From: Candidatus Bathyarchaeota archaeon
GTDB taxonomy: Archaea > Thermoproteota > Bathyarchaeia > Bathyarchaeales > Bathycorpusculaceae
NCBI GenBank assembly: GCA_963777155.1
Contig: CAVZPM010000039.1
Location: 64,001-128,000 of the forward strand
DNA length: 64,000 nt
Direction of reading: 5' to 3'
Shown here: positions 52,822 to 61,639 of the stretch, one piece after another
Numbering within the stretch: position 1 is the stretch's first letter
Layout of the letters: each line of letters starts with the position of its first letter
Notes under the pieces: generated by a model
What the model was told of the DNA's origin: nothing
What the model saw: only the letters and a program-made list of their open reading frames with translations
Database searches by the model: none
Position numbers and translations under genes: made by a program

Positions 52822-53277
52822 CTAAGTTACGCTTTCATTTTCACTCTCTTCAGTTAAGCTATGGTTCAATTCCTTGTTCCTTAACTCAGCGAATAATAAA
52901 GCTGTCACAGCAGGAAGAAAAAACTCGGAAATACTATAAGGTAGAGCATTCAAGAGAAAAGCCTAGGATAATCCAAAGGGTGCCGTTCCCCATGTGAGAA
53001 AAACATAAACCATGGAACCCAATAAAACCCCAAAAAATAGGGCTAAAGTTGTCGATTTCCCGGCTGTAATTTTGCTTGTATTTGCTAAAAGATAGAATGC
53101 TGCAAAGAATAATCCAATTTCTACTAAGCTAAGAGCAAAGTTTGAAAAGGCAGAATATGAGAAGCTGGCTGGGATTGCTAAAGAGAGAAACGAAAATCCC
53201 ACTGTTAATCCAAAAGCAATTAGAAAGGATATCAAAGGTTTTTTCAAATTTATTCGCCCTTTAGCCGTGTTAGCCAT
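52822..53277 (-). CDS. Hypothetical polytopic membrane protein, interrupted near 52965/52920
   Basis: TM helices in 52963..53277; a further TM plus charged tail (FFLPAVTALLFAELRNKE...) continues to TAG at 52822. Confidence 0.55.
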
Positions 53278-53364
53278 TGGATTATTAACGGATAAAAGGT
53301 TTTCTTGACTTCTCCCTAACAGGCATAGTAATATTTAATTTCAGGTTTTAAATACCCTAATTCC

Positions 53365-54114
53365 GTGCGAGGAATCCCACTTCTTATTCTAATATCTTCT
53401 GTTTTTTTCTTATTCATAAGTTACTTGCTTATAGCTCCCAGTTCTGAACAAATGATGATGAGTCCCACCCCTACCCCCACTTCCACGGTAAATAACTCGG
53501 GAGTCTCCTTTGTCTTAATTGGGATAACAATAGTTGTTTCCATTGCAATTGTTGCCCTTTACTTTTTCTATTCAAAAAATAAAACCAAAAAAAGAGAAGT
53601 ATCTCCTGAATCAAAACCTGCAACAATCGCAGGAAGACAACCAGTCGGTTATTCAAGAATAGATGCCAGCGACAAAGTCTTAAGACCTTTCGATGTCTTC
53701 TTGTGCTATAAAAAGAGTTCAGGAAAAGACTACGCTGACCATCTAAAAACAGGCTTAGAAGAGCTTGGTTTACACACGTTCGAGGACTGCAAAGACATCC
53801 CTCAGACCGTCGACACTGAAGAAGGCTGGGCATGTTCTCGCGATAAAGCGTTGGAGGAAAGCAAGTATTTTGTCCTCATTATGACTCCTGGCTTTGATTT
53901 ATCACGTGAGGTGACTAACGAAATTGGAATGGCTAGAAAGCAAACCAATAAAACATTTATTTATTTTAGACATCGGAGCATGGGAAGAAACATAGTAGTT
54001 AATTTGGAAAATGATTCTTTAGACATTGGAAAACTCGAACAAGTATCTTTTGAAACAAAAGAGGAGCTACTACGGCTTGCACATAACATCCTTTTGAAAG
54101 CCAAGACTCCTTAG
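53365..54114 (+). CDS. Membrane-anchored TIR-domain protein
   Basis: Two TM segments, then FDVFLCYK...A..L...L...GLHTF.D..DI, ALEESKYFVLIMTP, S.EV.NEI TIR motifs. Confidence 0.8.
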   Translation: MRGIPLLILISSVFFLFISYLLIAPSSEQMMMSPTPTPTSTVNNSGVSFVLIGITIVVSIAIVALYFFYSKNKTKKREVSPESKPATIAGRQPVGYSRIDASDKVLRPFDVFLCYKKSSGKDYADHLKTGLEELGLHTFEDCKDIPQTVDTEEGWACSRDKALEESKYFVLIMTPGFDLSREVTNEIGMARKQTNKTFIYFRHRSMGRNIVVNLENDSLDIGKLEQVSFETKEELLRLAHNILLKAKTP

Positions 54115-54123
54115 TTCCAGCTT

Positions 54124-54762
54124 CTATTCTGAGCTTCTAACCCAATCGGAAACAATTATTTCGTTAGTATTCCCAAATTCCTTAACAGTGACGATGCCGC
54201 GTTGGGCAAAACGAGCTACGATTCGATGTGTCTTGAGCCTGCTAAGCCCGGCTTCTTTTCCAACATACTTTTGAAGGTACTTTCCTTGATGCGTAACCAA
54301 AACATTCAGAACTTTCTGTTCTTCAGGCGTCATAGTCCTTAACAACACACCACAGGTATTAGATGCAATTTCTGAATTAGCGACAGGTCCCGAATCACTT
54401 TTGTTAGTTTCCATAGAAACGTTGTTTGTATTTGGCATTTCACAGGTTCTTTTAACGTATCTAAGTTGAGGATATGCTAAGTAAAAAGCAACTCCAATTA
54501 CCGATACTGCGACTATGGCAATTAATGCTGTTGGGATTAGCCACAGATAAGAAGTTGATGTTCCATTGCCGTCGCCCATCATTCCGCCCATTCCTCCATA
54601 GTTTCCATTAGTACCCAAATGGGAACCCCACATTTGGCTCATCCAACTTGACCCGTAATAAGACGGGGAAGTAGCAGCTAAATACCAACCCACCAAGGCA
54701 AGAGACAGAAAAACGCTGAGTGTAATTATGAAAATAGTGAGAAAGATGTACAATTTTCGCAT
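54124..54762 (-). CDS. Membrane-anchored winged-helix transcriptional regulator
   Basis: Two TM helices flanking a Met/Gly-rich loop; C-terminal LTPEEQKVL-like...Q......GLSRLKTHRIV.RF..RGIV...GNTN wHTH. Confidence 0.8.
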   Translation of the reverse strand: MRKLYIFLTIFIITLSVFLSLALVGWYLAATSPSYYGSSWMSQMWGSHLGTNGNYGGMGGMMGDGNGTSTSYLWLIPTALIAIVAVSVIGVAFYLAYPQLRYVKRTCEMPNTNNVSMETNKSDSGPVANSEIASNTCGVLLRTMTPEEQKVLNVLVTHQGKYLQKYVGKEAGLSRLKTHRIVARFAQRGIVTVKEFGNTNEIIVSDWVRSSE

Positions 54763-54839
54763 AATAAAGAAGACTTCATGGCTGAACATTAAGTTTTACC
54801 CAATAAACCATTCATCCACTATATTTCTCCATCTTGGAC

Positions 54840-54868
54840 TGTTTCAGAACTGTTTCATGTTTGTTTCA
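54840..54868 (+). promoter_or_regulatory. Three TGTTTCA direct repeats with 11-bp period (putative operator)
   Basis: TGTTTCA at 54840, 54851 and 54862, between divergent genes. Confidence 0.6.
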
Positions 54869-54919
54869 GCCAACTGCCATAAGCCTCTATTCACATATTG
54901 TAATATGGTGATAAATCAA

Positions 54920-55213
54920 ATGCAAAAAACAAAAGTAATAATTGCCTTGGTCGCCGTTGCAGTATTAACGTTGACCATAGTGGGATTAGCCACAGCCCAA
55001 ATAACCGCCAATCAACCCTACACTGCCACAGGCTCCAACAATGGTTTCTGGGGATGGATGGGAAGATGCTTTGGATTCACAACCAACCAACCTTACAACA
55101 ATCCATATGTCGCTCCACCAACCGCAAACAGTCCAATTCCCACCCCAAGTCAAGGCAACGGCAACTACTATGGATTTGGACCGTGCTGGGCACGACTTAA
55201 TCCAATACCATAA
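54920..55213 (+). CDS. Small secreted G/W/C-rich protein
   Basis: Signal peptide MQKTKVIIALVAVAVLTLTIVGLATA; GFWGWMGRCFGF and YYGFGPCW motifs. Confidence 0.7.
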   Translation: MQKTKVIIALVAVAVLTLTIVGLATAQITANQPYTATGSNNGFWGWMGRCFGFTTNQPYNNPYVAPPTANSPIPTPSQGNGNYYGFGPCWARLNPIP

Positions 55214-55349
55214 TTTTTTTGTGCACAAGAATCTAATCTTTCTCTCTCTGATTCTTCAACAACTGCGAGTTCTTCTTATTCTTCTATCTTCTCACTTACA
55301 GCACTTACTCTACTCACTCACTCGCATCTAAGGACTGTGTTTTTGCAGC

Positions 55350-56264
55350 CTATTTTACCACAGCATGTTTCTGTGATTTCCTCAAAAAGAGTACAGCTAC
55401 CACTACAATGACAAGAACTAACACTATTGCTACAACATAGATAAAGTATGGAAAGCTGTCTGGTTGAACAGGCACAACGGTCTCTTCTGGAGTTCCTAAC
55501 ACATAAACTACTTCGGGATTAATTAGCTGCCCATCGGCTGTCCAAAGGCTATTATCGTAACCTTCAGCTGTCACGTCATATCTGTAAATCTCTTCCAATC
55601 TGCCTCCTTCATTAAACCCGTTTAAAGAAACGGAAAAAGGACCAGTTTCATTAGGTGCTAAGCCTCTGCCTCCTTCCGCTGAGACAGCCAATACATCTCC
55701 ATTCTCTTTGTAATAGGTTACATAGACGCTAAGGCTGTCCATATTTGTTGAGCCCGTGTTTTCTACGTTACCTTCTACATATAATGTGCTGTCAGCTTCA
55801 TGGGAACTGTTTGATGCAATCACAAGGCTAGGGTAATACGTGTCAGCTGGCGAAACTGTCAATACCAAATCGTAGTGGTCAGCTACTCTGAAGTTGCCTT
55901 GGTCATCAAACCTAGAAAACCACATCAGAAAAGGGGATTTTTGACTTGAAAGCAAGGCATGAAGGTAACAAGCGGGAGCATCAGGTAAAGAATCAGACAG
56001 ATATGAGGCGCCAAGAATAGTTCCTGATGCATCGTAGAAGGTAGCGGTCAGATTGAATTTTTGTGCTTCTGACCCAAGATTCTCAACTTCACCAGCGACC
56101 AGGTAGTCGCCTTTGCTAACGGAAAAAGGTGCAGAACCATATGTTTGATAAATTGTTGAAGACAAAACTCTAACATTTTCTTCCCCACTTACTTCGCTAG
56201 AAAAACCGACATATAATAATGATGTTGCTATCAACCCCAACAAGATTAAAGCTCTAATTCTCAT
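55350..56264 (-). CDS. Surface protein with two FxLYD-like domains and C-terminal TM
   Basis: GEVENLG...ATFYDASG and GNVENTG...VTYYKENG repeats; TM plus RK tail. Confidence 0.8.
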   Translation of the reverse strand: MRIRALILLGLIATSLLYVGFSSEVSGEENVRVLSSTIYQTYGSAPFSVSKGDYLVAGEVENLGSEAQKFNLTATFYDASGTILGASYLSDSLPDAPACYLHALLSSQKSPFLMWFSRFDDQGNFRVADHYDLVLTVSPADTYYPSLVIASNSSHEADSTLYVEGNVENTGSTNMDSLSVYVTYYKENGDVLAVSAEGGRGLAPNETGPFSVSLNGFNEGGRLEEIYRYDVTAEGYDNSLWTADGQLINPEVVYVLGTPEETVVPVQPDSFPYFIYVVAIVLVLVIVVVAVLFLRKSQKHAVVK

Positions 56265-56504
56265 TTTGGCACCGCTGCTTAATTTGGAGTTAATTCAGCA
56301 TATAACAATTTCGAGATACAATAGACTCTGTATTTACAAATTGCAGCTGTTAAATACAAAGAAAAGTGTTCATCGCTACCAGTTCCTTCTTACTTCGGGA
56401 ATTACCCCACCGCCTCTAAAGGATAATTGTAGTATATTTCACATCTTTTACCTCTAAATTCCCATTTCTCTATCTTAGAGAACACATGGGTTGATACCTC
56501 AATC

Positions 56505-56984
56505 TTAGGCATGATTAGCTCTTACCCCAACTACCACTCCAGCAACATCGGAATGTCCATAGGTTGCATAGATACCGAAACGGAACCCGCCGTAACGGGC
56601 GAAATCGTCTGTTTGCACGAGGAGAGATAATGGGTGACTACCTTTCAAAACAAAAACAATCTTCTCTAGATCTCCTTTTCCTTTTTTTAGGATAGCTGGT
56701 CCTGCGATTTTTGTAAGTTTTCCCTTCTCATTGAATGAGTAAAATCCTGACAATTCAGAACCTTTTTCTTCCAGATATAGCCATCTGCCTTTCAACCGCT
56801 CCTTTAATTCTGGGTTCTGGTCTATCTTTGTAAGTGCCTCTTGATAGGTTAGTGCTCTAAAACCGTTCTGTTTTAGTAGGTTCATCGAGTTTTCCTGATT
56901 GACTTGTGTGTAAGCCAGAAATACTCCAGTAGTGCCAACCTCTCTAAACTCTACTTGTATTGTTTCTTTTGTCATTAGAACCAC
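56505..56984 (-). CDS. Hypothetical protein
   Basis: 159-aa ORF, no recognised motif. Confidence 0.55.
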   Translation of the reverse strand: MVLMTKETIQVEFREVGTTGVFLAYTQVNQENSMNLLKQNGFRALTYQEALTKIDQNPELKERLKGRWLYLEEKGSELSGFYSFNEKGKLTKIAGPAILKKGKGDLEKIVFVLKGSHPLSLLVQTDDFARYGGFRFGIYATYGHSDVAGVVVGVRANHA

Positions 56985-57162
56985 AGAATAATTGTGAGCT
57001 TGCTTCCTATTTAGTTTGTTTCTGGGATTATTGGTGGTCTTTTTGCTGCATTTAGGATTTAGATAAGGCTTATAACTAGAAATATGCTTTCAATTTAGTC
57101 CCAGAAAATTACTTTGCCCTAAGGCTGAGACAGCGATATAATTCTCTTCCTGGCATCAAAAC

Positions 57163-57861
57163 TTAGAGGTGTTGTGCTACTATCATGGCGTGTGCTTTGT
57201 CGTAGGGTTCCAAATCGACGATTTCTTTAACGTCGAAACCCCTGTTTCTTAGGATGTTGGCTTCTTGGCGATAGACTGCGTTGGGGTCCATGGTTACGTC
57301 GATGCTTTGGGATTTGCAGGCTAGCATTACCCAGCCTTGGGATTTGAGGAAGACATCAGCGTTGTCCGCCAGCAATTTGGCCTGTTCAGGTTGTGCTACG
57401 TCGCAGTAGATTGTGTCTACTTTTCCTGAGATGAACATGGCATAGCGTTCGGGCATCCGCGCATCTTCCAACATTGGAGAGATGTTGGTTCGGTAAGCAG
57501 CAACGTTATTGACAAGGTCCCGAAGTGAGCGCTGCGCGAATTCAATGCAGTAAACATGTCCGCTGTCGCCTACGATGTCTGAGACGTGGCTGGGAGTGGT
57601 TCCCGAAGCAGCACCCAAATACAACACCTTAAAACCAGGCTCAATAGGAACGTTTTGCACGCCTTTAATGATGCCTCCAGCAAGTTTGCTACGGAAAGCG
57701 TCCCAAACACGGTATTCAACGTATTTGAATTTGAAAAGCCGTTCACCATAAACCCTTAAACCAGGGGTTAAGTTTTTTGTAGCGAGACGTTGTGCGCCGT
57801 CTTCAAGCATTACTTGGTAGATCTCTTTGAATTTTGGGTGCGGTTTAACTTTGAGGTGCAC
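57163..57861 (-). CDS. flpA: Fibrillarin-like rRNA/tRNA 2'-O-methyltransferase
   Basis: VYGER, RSKL, VLYLGAASGTT.SH, DVAQP.Q, LEPYDKAH; start set at GTG 57861. Confidence 0.95.
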   Translation of the reverse strand: MHLKVKPHPKFKEIYQVMLEDGAQRLATKNLTPGLRVYGERLFKFKYVEYRVWDAFRSKLAGGIIKGVQNVPIEPGFKVLYLGAASGTTPSHVSDIVGDSGHVYCIEFAQRSLRDLVNNVAAYRTNISPMLEDARMPERYAMFISGKVDTIYCDVAQPEQAKLLADNADVFLKSQGWVMLACKSQSIDVTMDPNAVYRQEANILRNRGFDVKEIVDLEPYDKAHAMIVAQHL

Positions 57862-59269
57862 GCCTGTCTGGTCCCCGGTTTTGACCGCCACCGCTACTGC
57901 CCCCGCGTCGCTCGCCTCTATCTCGCCCGCCGCCGTAACCAAAATTGCGGCCTCCACCTCCGCCGCCACCGTTTCGTGGTGGTCTTGGACCTCGATCCCC
58001 GCCGCCAAAGTTTTTACCGCCACCTCTGAATCCTCCTCGATCGTCTCTCCGTGGAGGTCGTTGTTCTCGGCGTTCAAATGACCCTTCAGGTCTCGGTTTA
58101 GCTTCTTTTGGTGCTGGCGGTTCCTTGTATTTTTCATGGATTTCTTCTATGCGTTTGTTAATGTCCGCTTTTAATTTGTCTCCGATGTAGTGTCCTCCTC
58201 CGAAGGCGTCTGCTCTGGCTGCGATGGCTAGTTTGCCTGCGATGACTCTAGCGATTTTTCCTCGTTGCCACCTTTTCGCGTCATGGAGCAGGGTGTGCTG
58301 GAAGATTAAGCCGTGTTTTGGTGGTCGGGCTCCTGTTTTTAGGCTACGGAAGAGAGCTTTTTCTGCGCCTATGACTTGGATGGTGCTTGCTGGTCTCATA
58401 GCCAGATTCTGTAAGCTTCCAGCCATAGCGATTAAACGTGCACCCAGAAGGGCACCTGCAACTGAGCGGACGTTAGGTGCCAGTTCCTCCATGGTGTGGT
58501 CAACGTAGTCTTCCATGTTCTTGCGTAACAAATAGAAATCAAGTACGTCCTTAGCTAAGGCTTGTATCATCTCAAGGTCGGCTTCTGCAATGTCTGCGCC
58601 CATGGATGATTCAGCTGCTTTGGCAACAAGTTCGCTTCGTTCTTTCGGAATATTCTCTTTTTCCAGATTGTCAACGGTAAAGTCTTCCCTATCACCCAAG
58701 TTCAAAACAAGCCGTGAATAAGTTTCATGTTTCTCAACTAAGCGGTCAAGTTCAGGGAAGTACACGCCATACCATTCACGGAGTCTACCCATGAATAGGT
58801 TAACGGTTTGGTCTAAACTATCGAGCGTTTGAATGCCTTGAGCAACAATTAGATCGCGCTTTCCAGAGGCACCTTTAATCCTTAGCTTAGCAAGTTCCAA
58901 GCTGACATTGCGATTCCACGTGTTTAGTTCTTGTTCGTCTTGGGCAAAACCTGTTTCGATTGCAACCTCTCCCATACGGGAATGCAACACTGCGGTTTCT
59001 GCTGGCTTGGCAACTTCGACTGCGATTTTCAGCTTCTTTTGAGCTTCCTCTGCCAATTTGGCGGATTCAAAAGCAAACGTGTCATAACCAACGCTTGCTA
59101 AAAGTGTGATTAGTGAAGAGACTTGGTCGGATATTTTTCCCGATTCGGTTCTAAGCAGGCTCTTTGCTGCCGCCTGCGCCTTTTTTGGAAACAATGCTTT
59201 TTCTACTAAGCCGTTATTTTCGTCAAAGGCTGCTACGCCGAAGGGAAATTGAACTATGAATAGTTTCAT
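57845..59269 (-). CDS. nop5: C/D box RNP protein Nop5 (Nop56/58) with RGG-rich C-terminal tail
   Basis: RLREWYG.YFPEL, PASTIQVIGAEKALFR, PPKHGLIFQH, RGKIAR..A.KLAIAAR.D. Confidence 0.95.
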   Translation of the reverse strand: MKLFIVQFPFGVAAFDENNGLVEKALFPKKAQAAAKSLLRTESGKISDQVSSLITLLASVGYDTFAFESAKLAEEAQKKLKIAVEVAKPAETAVLHSRMGEVAIETGFAQDEQELNTWNRNVSLELAKLRIKGASGKRDLIVAQGIQTLDSLDQTVNLFMGRLREWYGVYFPELDRLVEKHETYSRLVLNLGDREDFTVDNLEKENIPKERSELVAKAAESSMGADIAEADLEMIQALAKDVLDFYLLRKNMEDYVDHTMEELAPNVRSVAGALLGARLIAMAGSLQNLAMRPASTIQVIGAEKALFRSLKTGARPPKHGLIFQHTLLHDAKRWQRGKIARVIAGKLAIAARADAFGGGHYIGDKLKADINKRIEEIHEKYKEPPAPKEAKPRPEGSFERREQRPPRRDDRGGFRGGGKNFGGGDRGPRPPRNGGGGGGGRNFGYGGGRDRGERRGGSSGGGQNRGPDRRAPQS

Positions 59270-59563
59270 TTTCTTGGCCCCGATAAACTATGTATTGTCA
59301 CTGCATTGTCTTAATAAATAGTTTCGCTACCCTAAACTTAAAAGAACCGTTTTCTCCATGTTAGGGCTCACGGCAGTTCAGGGAAACTCGCCCATTATTT
59401 AAGGACAAAAACACGATCGAGATTTACCCTTTTCTTTAGCGGCCATTTGAATCGCCATAACAGTTGAAAAATAAAAAAATTGGCAGCCACAGTTTTCGGG
59501 GTCTTAATGTTTTTTATCCTCAAAAAATTTAATAGAACAGCTATAAATTAAGTTCCAACAAGG

Positions 59564-60493
59564 ATGGGCAAACACATACCCGCTCAGAAAACAAAACAAA
59601 AAGCAGCTGAAGCCAAAAATAAAACAGTTACAATTGGGCTTATCCAAACCGTCGTTTCAGAAAACATAGCGGAAAACATGAAAAAAACTGCTGAAAAAAT
59701 TGAACAAGCCGCTAAATTGGGTGCCCAAATCGTGTGCCTCCAAGAACTCTACCGCACAACGTACTTTCCACAGCTGGAAAATCAGGATACAAAGGGCTTA
59801 GCTGAAACCATTCCCGGCAAATCTACAGAGATATTTTCTGGGTTAGCGAAAAAGCATGGAATAGTTATCGTTGCGCCCTTGTTTGAGAAAAGCAGAGAAG
59901 GAAAATTTTACAACACGGCAGTGGTGATTAACTGCGACGGCGAAATAATGGGCACCTACCGGAAAGCCCACATACCTTACGACCCCTACTTCTATGAGAA
60001 AAACTACTTTGAAGCAGGCGACACAGACTATCAGGTTTTTGATACAAGTTATGCTCGAATTGGGGTGCTCATCTGTTATGACCAATGGTTCCCCGAAGCA
60101 GCCCGCATCAATGCTTTGCGAGGTGCAGAAATCATCTTTTATCCAACCGCAATCGGTTACGTTAAAGGCTACACCTCCGCAGATGGAGACTGGCATGACG
60201 CCTGGAAAACCGTGCAGCGTGCCCACGCCATAGCAAACGGAATCCATGTCGCCTCAGTCAACCGAGTAGGCGAGGAGGGCGAGTTGGAGTTTTGGGGTGG
60301 CTCTTTTATCTGCGATAGTTTCGGCAAAGTTGTTGCTGAAGCCAGTACTTCAAAAGAAGAAGTGTTGATTGCAACGTTGGATTTGGGTAAGAACAAGAAA
60401 ATCCAAGAAGGCTGGGGGTTTCTGCGTAATCGACGCCCCGATACATACAAGCAGCTAACCATGGGCGGCAGGAAGGGTGCAGAAGATGAGTAA
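59564..60493 (+). CDS. aguB: N-carbamoylputrescine amidohydrolase (nitrilase fold)
   Basis: CLQEL, YRKAHIP..P.FYEKNYF, LICYDQWFPEAAR, YPTAIG; paired with agmatine deiminase. Confidence 0.88.
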   Translation: MGKHIPAQKTKQKAAEAKNKTVTIGLIQTVVSENIAENMKKTAEKIEQAAKLGAQIVCLQELYRTTYFPQLENQDTKGLAETIPGKSTEIFSGLAKKHGIVIVAPLFEKSREGKFYNTAVVINCDGEIMGTYRKAHIPYDPYFYEKNYFEAGDTDYQVFDTSYARIGVLICYDQWFPEAARINALRGAEIIFYPTAIGYVKGYTSADGDWHDAWKTVQRAHAIANGIHVASVNRVGEEGELEFWGGSFICDSFGKVVAEASTSKEEVLIATLDLGKNKKIQEGWGFLRNRRPDTYKQLTMGGRKGAEDE

Positions 60494-61535
60494 CTCCGAA
60501 AAAAGCTGCCGTGAACAGGGCTTTTGTATGCCTGCAGAATGGGAAAAACACGACGCTATCTGGCTCGCGTGGCCGTATGACCCGACAACTTTTCCGGACC
60601 GGGTGCATCGCGTTGAAGCCGTTTACGTCCAAATAATCAAAGAGATCCATGAGGGTGAACAAGTAAACCTCTTTGTCATCGATCAGCCTACTAAACAGAA
60701 AGCAACAAAGTTGTTTAAAGAAGCGAACATCGACCTAAACAAAATCCATTTCTACGTTTCCGATTATGCTGACGTCTGGTTTAGGGATTATGGCCCCATA
60801 TTTGTTAGAAACCAGAACCACGAGCTTGCAATGGTTCACTGGGATTTTAATTCTTGGGGAGAAAAATACGAAACGCTCTTAAAAGACAAGCAAATCCCTG
60901 CCGTTATAAACCAAAAAATGTCCATTAAATGCTTTAAACCTGGCATCGTTCTGGAAGGTGGCTCAATAGATGTCAACGGCAAAGGAAGCTTGCTGACCAC
61001 AGAGCAATGCCTGCTTAATAAGAATCGTAACCCGCATCTTGGCAAAAAAGACATTGAAAAATTCCTATCCGAATACTTGGGAGTAACCAATTTTATTTGG
61101 CTCAAGAACGGCATTTTGGGCGATGACACCGATGGCCACATCGACGACCTAGCCCGATTCGTCGACCCAGCTACAATCGTTTGCGCTTATCAAGACAACG
61201 AAAACGACGTAGACTACGATGCTCTAAAAGAAAACTATGACATCCTGTGCCAATCGCACGATCAAGACGGCAAAAAATTCCGTATTATCAAGTTACCCAT
61301 GCCCAAAGTCGTCAGCGACGAAGATGAACGACTGCCTGCAAGCTACACAAACTTCTACATCGGCAACCAAAAAGTTCTGGTTCCAGTTTTCGATCACAAA
61401 AACGACTCAAAAGCTCTCTCGATTTTGCAAAAGCTGTTCCCAGCCCGTAAGGTGGTCGGCATCCGATGCGTTGACTTGGTTTACGGCTTTGGCACAATCC
61501 ACTGCATTAGTCAACAACAGCCCTGCGGTGTTTAA
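60486..61535 (+). CDS. aguA: Agmatine deiminase
   Basis: MPAEW, WFRDYGP, LEGGSI, DDTDGHID, ASY.NF, G.IHC.SQQ. Confidence 0.93.
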   Translation: MSNSEKSCREQGFCMPAEWEKHDAIWLAWPYDPTTFPDRVHRVEAVYVQIIKEIHEGEQVNLFVIDQPTKQKATKLFKEANIDLNKIHFYVSDYADVWFRDYGPIFVRNQNHELAMVHWDFNSWGEKYETLLKDKQIPAVINQKMSIKCFKPGIVLEGGSIDVNGKGSLLTTEQCLLNKNRNPHLGKKDIEKFLSEYLGVTNFIWLKNGILGDDTDGHIDDLARFVDPATIVCAYQDNENDVDYDALKENYDILCQSHDQDGKKFRIIKLPMPKVVSDEDERLPASYTNFYIGNQKVLVPVFDHKNDSKALSILQKLFPARKVVGIRCVDLVYGFGTIHCISQQQPCGV

Positions 61536-61568
61536 GAGTCAAACATAACATGGCAAAGTCCATTTTTA

Positions 61569-61588
61569 GTTAAGTTTAAACCCTTAAC
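61569..61588 (+). promoter_or_regulatory. Inverted repeat GTTAAG-N8-CTTAAC overlapping a TATA-like TTTAAA
   Basis: Read directly, about 50-70 bp upstream of ATG 61640. Confidence 0.4.
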
Positions 61589-61639
61589 CTCCATAATAGG
61601 TAAACCCCACAGTTTGAGGAGTTCTGGAGAGAATAGGGC

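Larger units (their letters stand above)
49950..57120. mobile_element. Putative variable island between rnhB and fibrillarin
   Basis: Only accessory genes and a cas1 remnant lie between housekeeping genes; no integrase, terminal inverted repeats or target-site duplication found. Confidence 0.4.

Noticed and set aside
49950-57160. CRISPR array, terminal inverted repeats or target-site duplication around the cas1 remnant
   Set aside because: No regularly spaced repeats seen; only a 7-bp GGCAAAG/CTTTGCC match at the ends, which is expected by chance
57862-58137. 92-codon N-terminal extension of fibrillarin in the ORF track
   Set aside because: It is an alternate-frame read of the GC-rich Nop5 RGG tail; fibrillarin homology starts at about GTG 57861
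59370-59400. GTTCAGGGAAAC resembling an ORB replication-origin box
   Set aside because: Single degenerate copy, no G-string, and no cdc6/orc1 nearby
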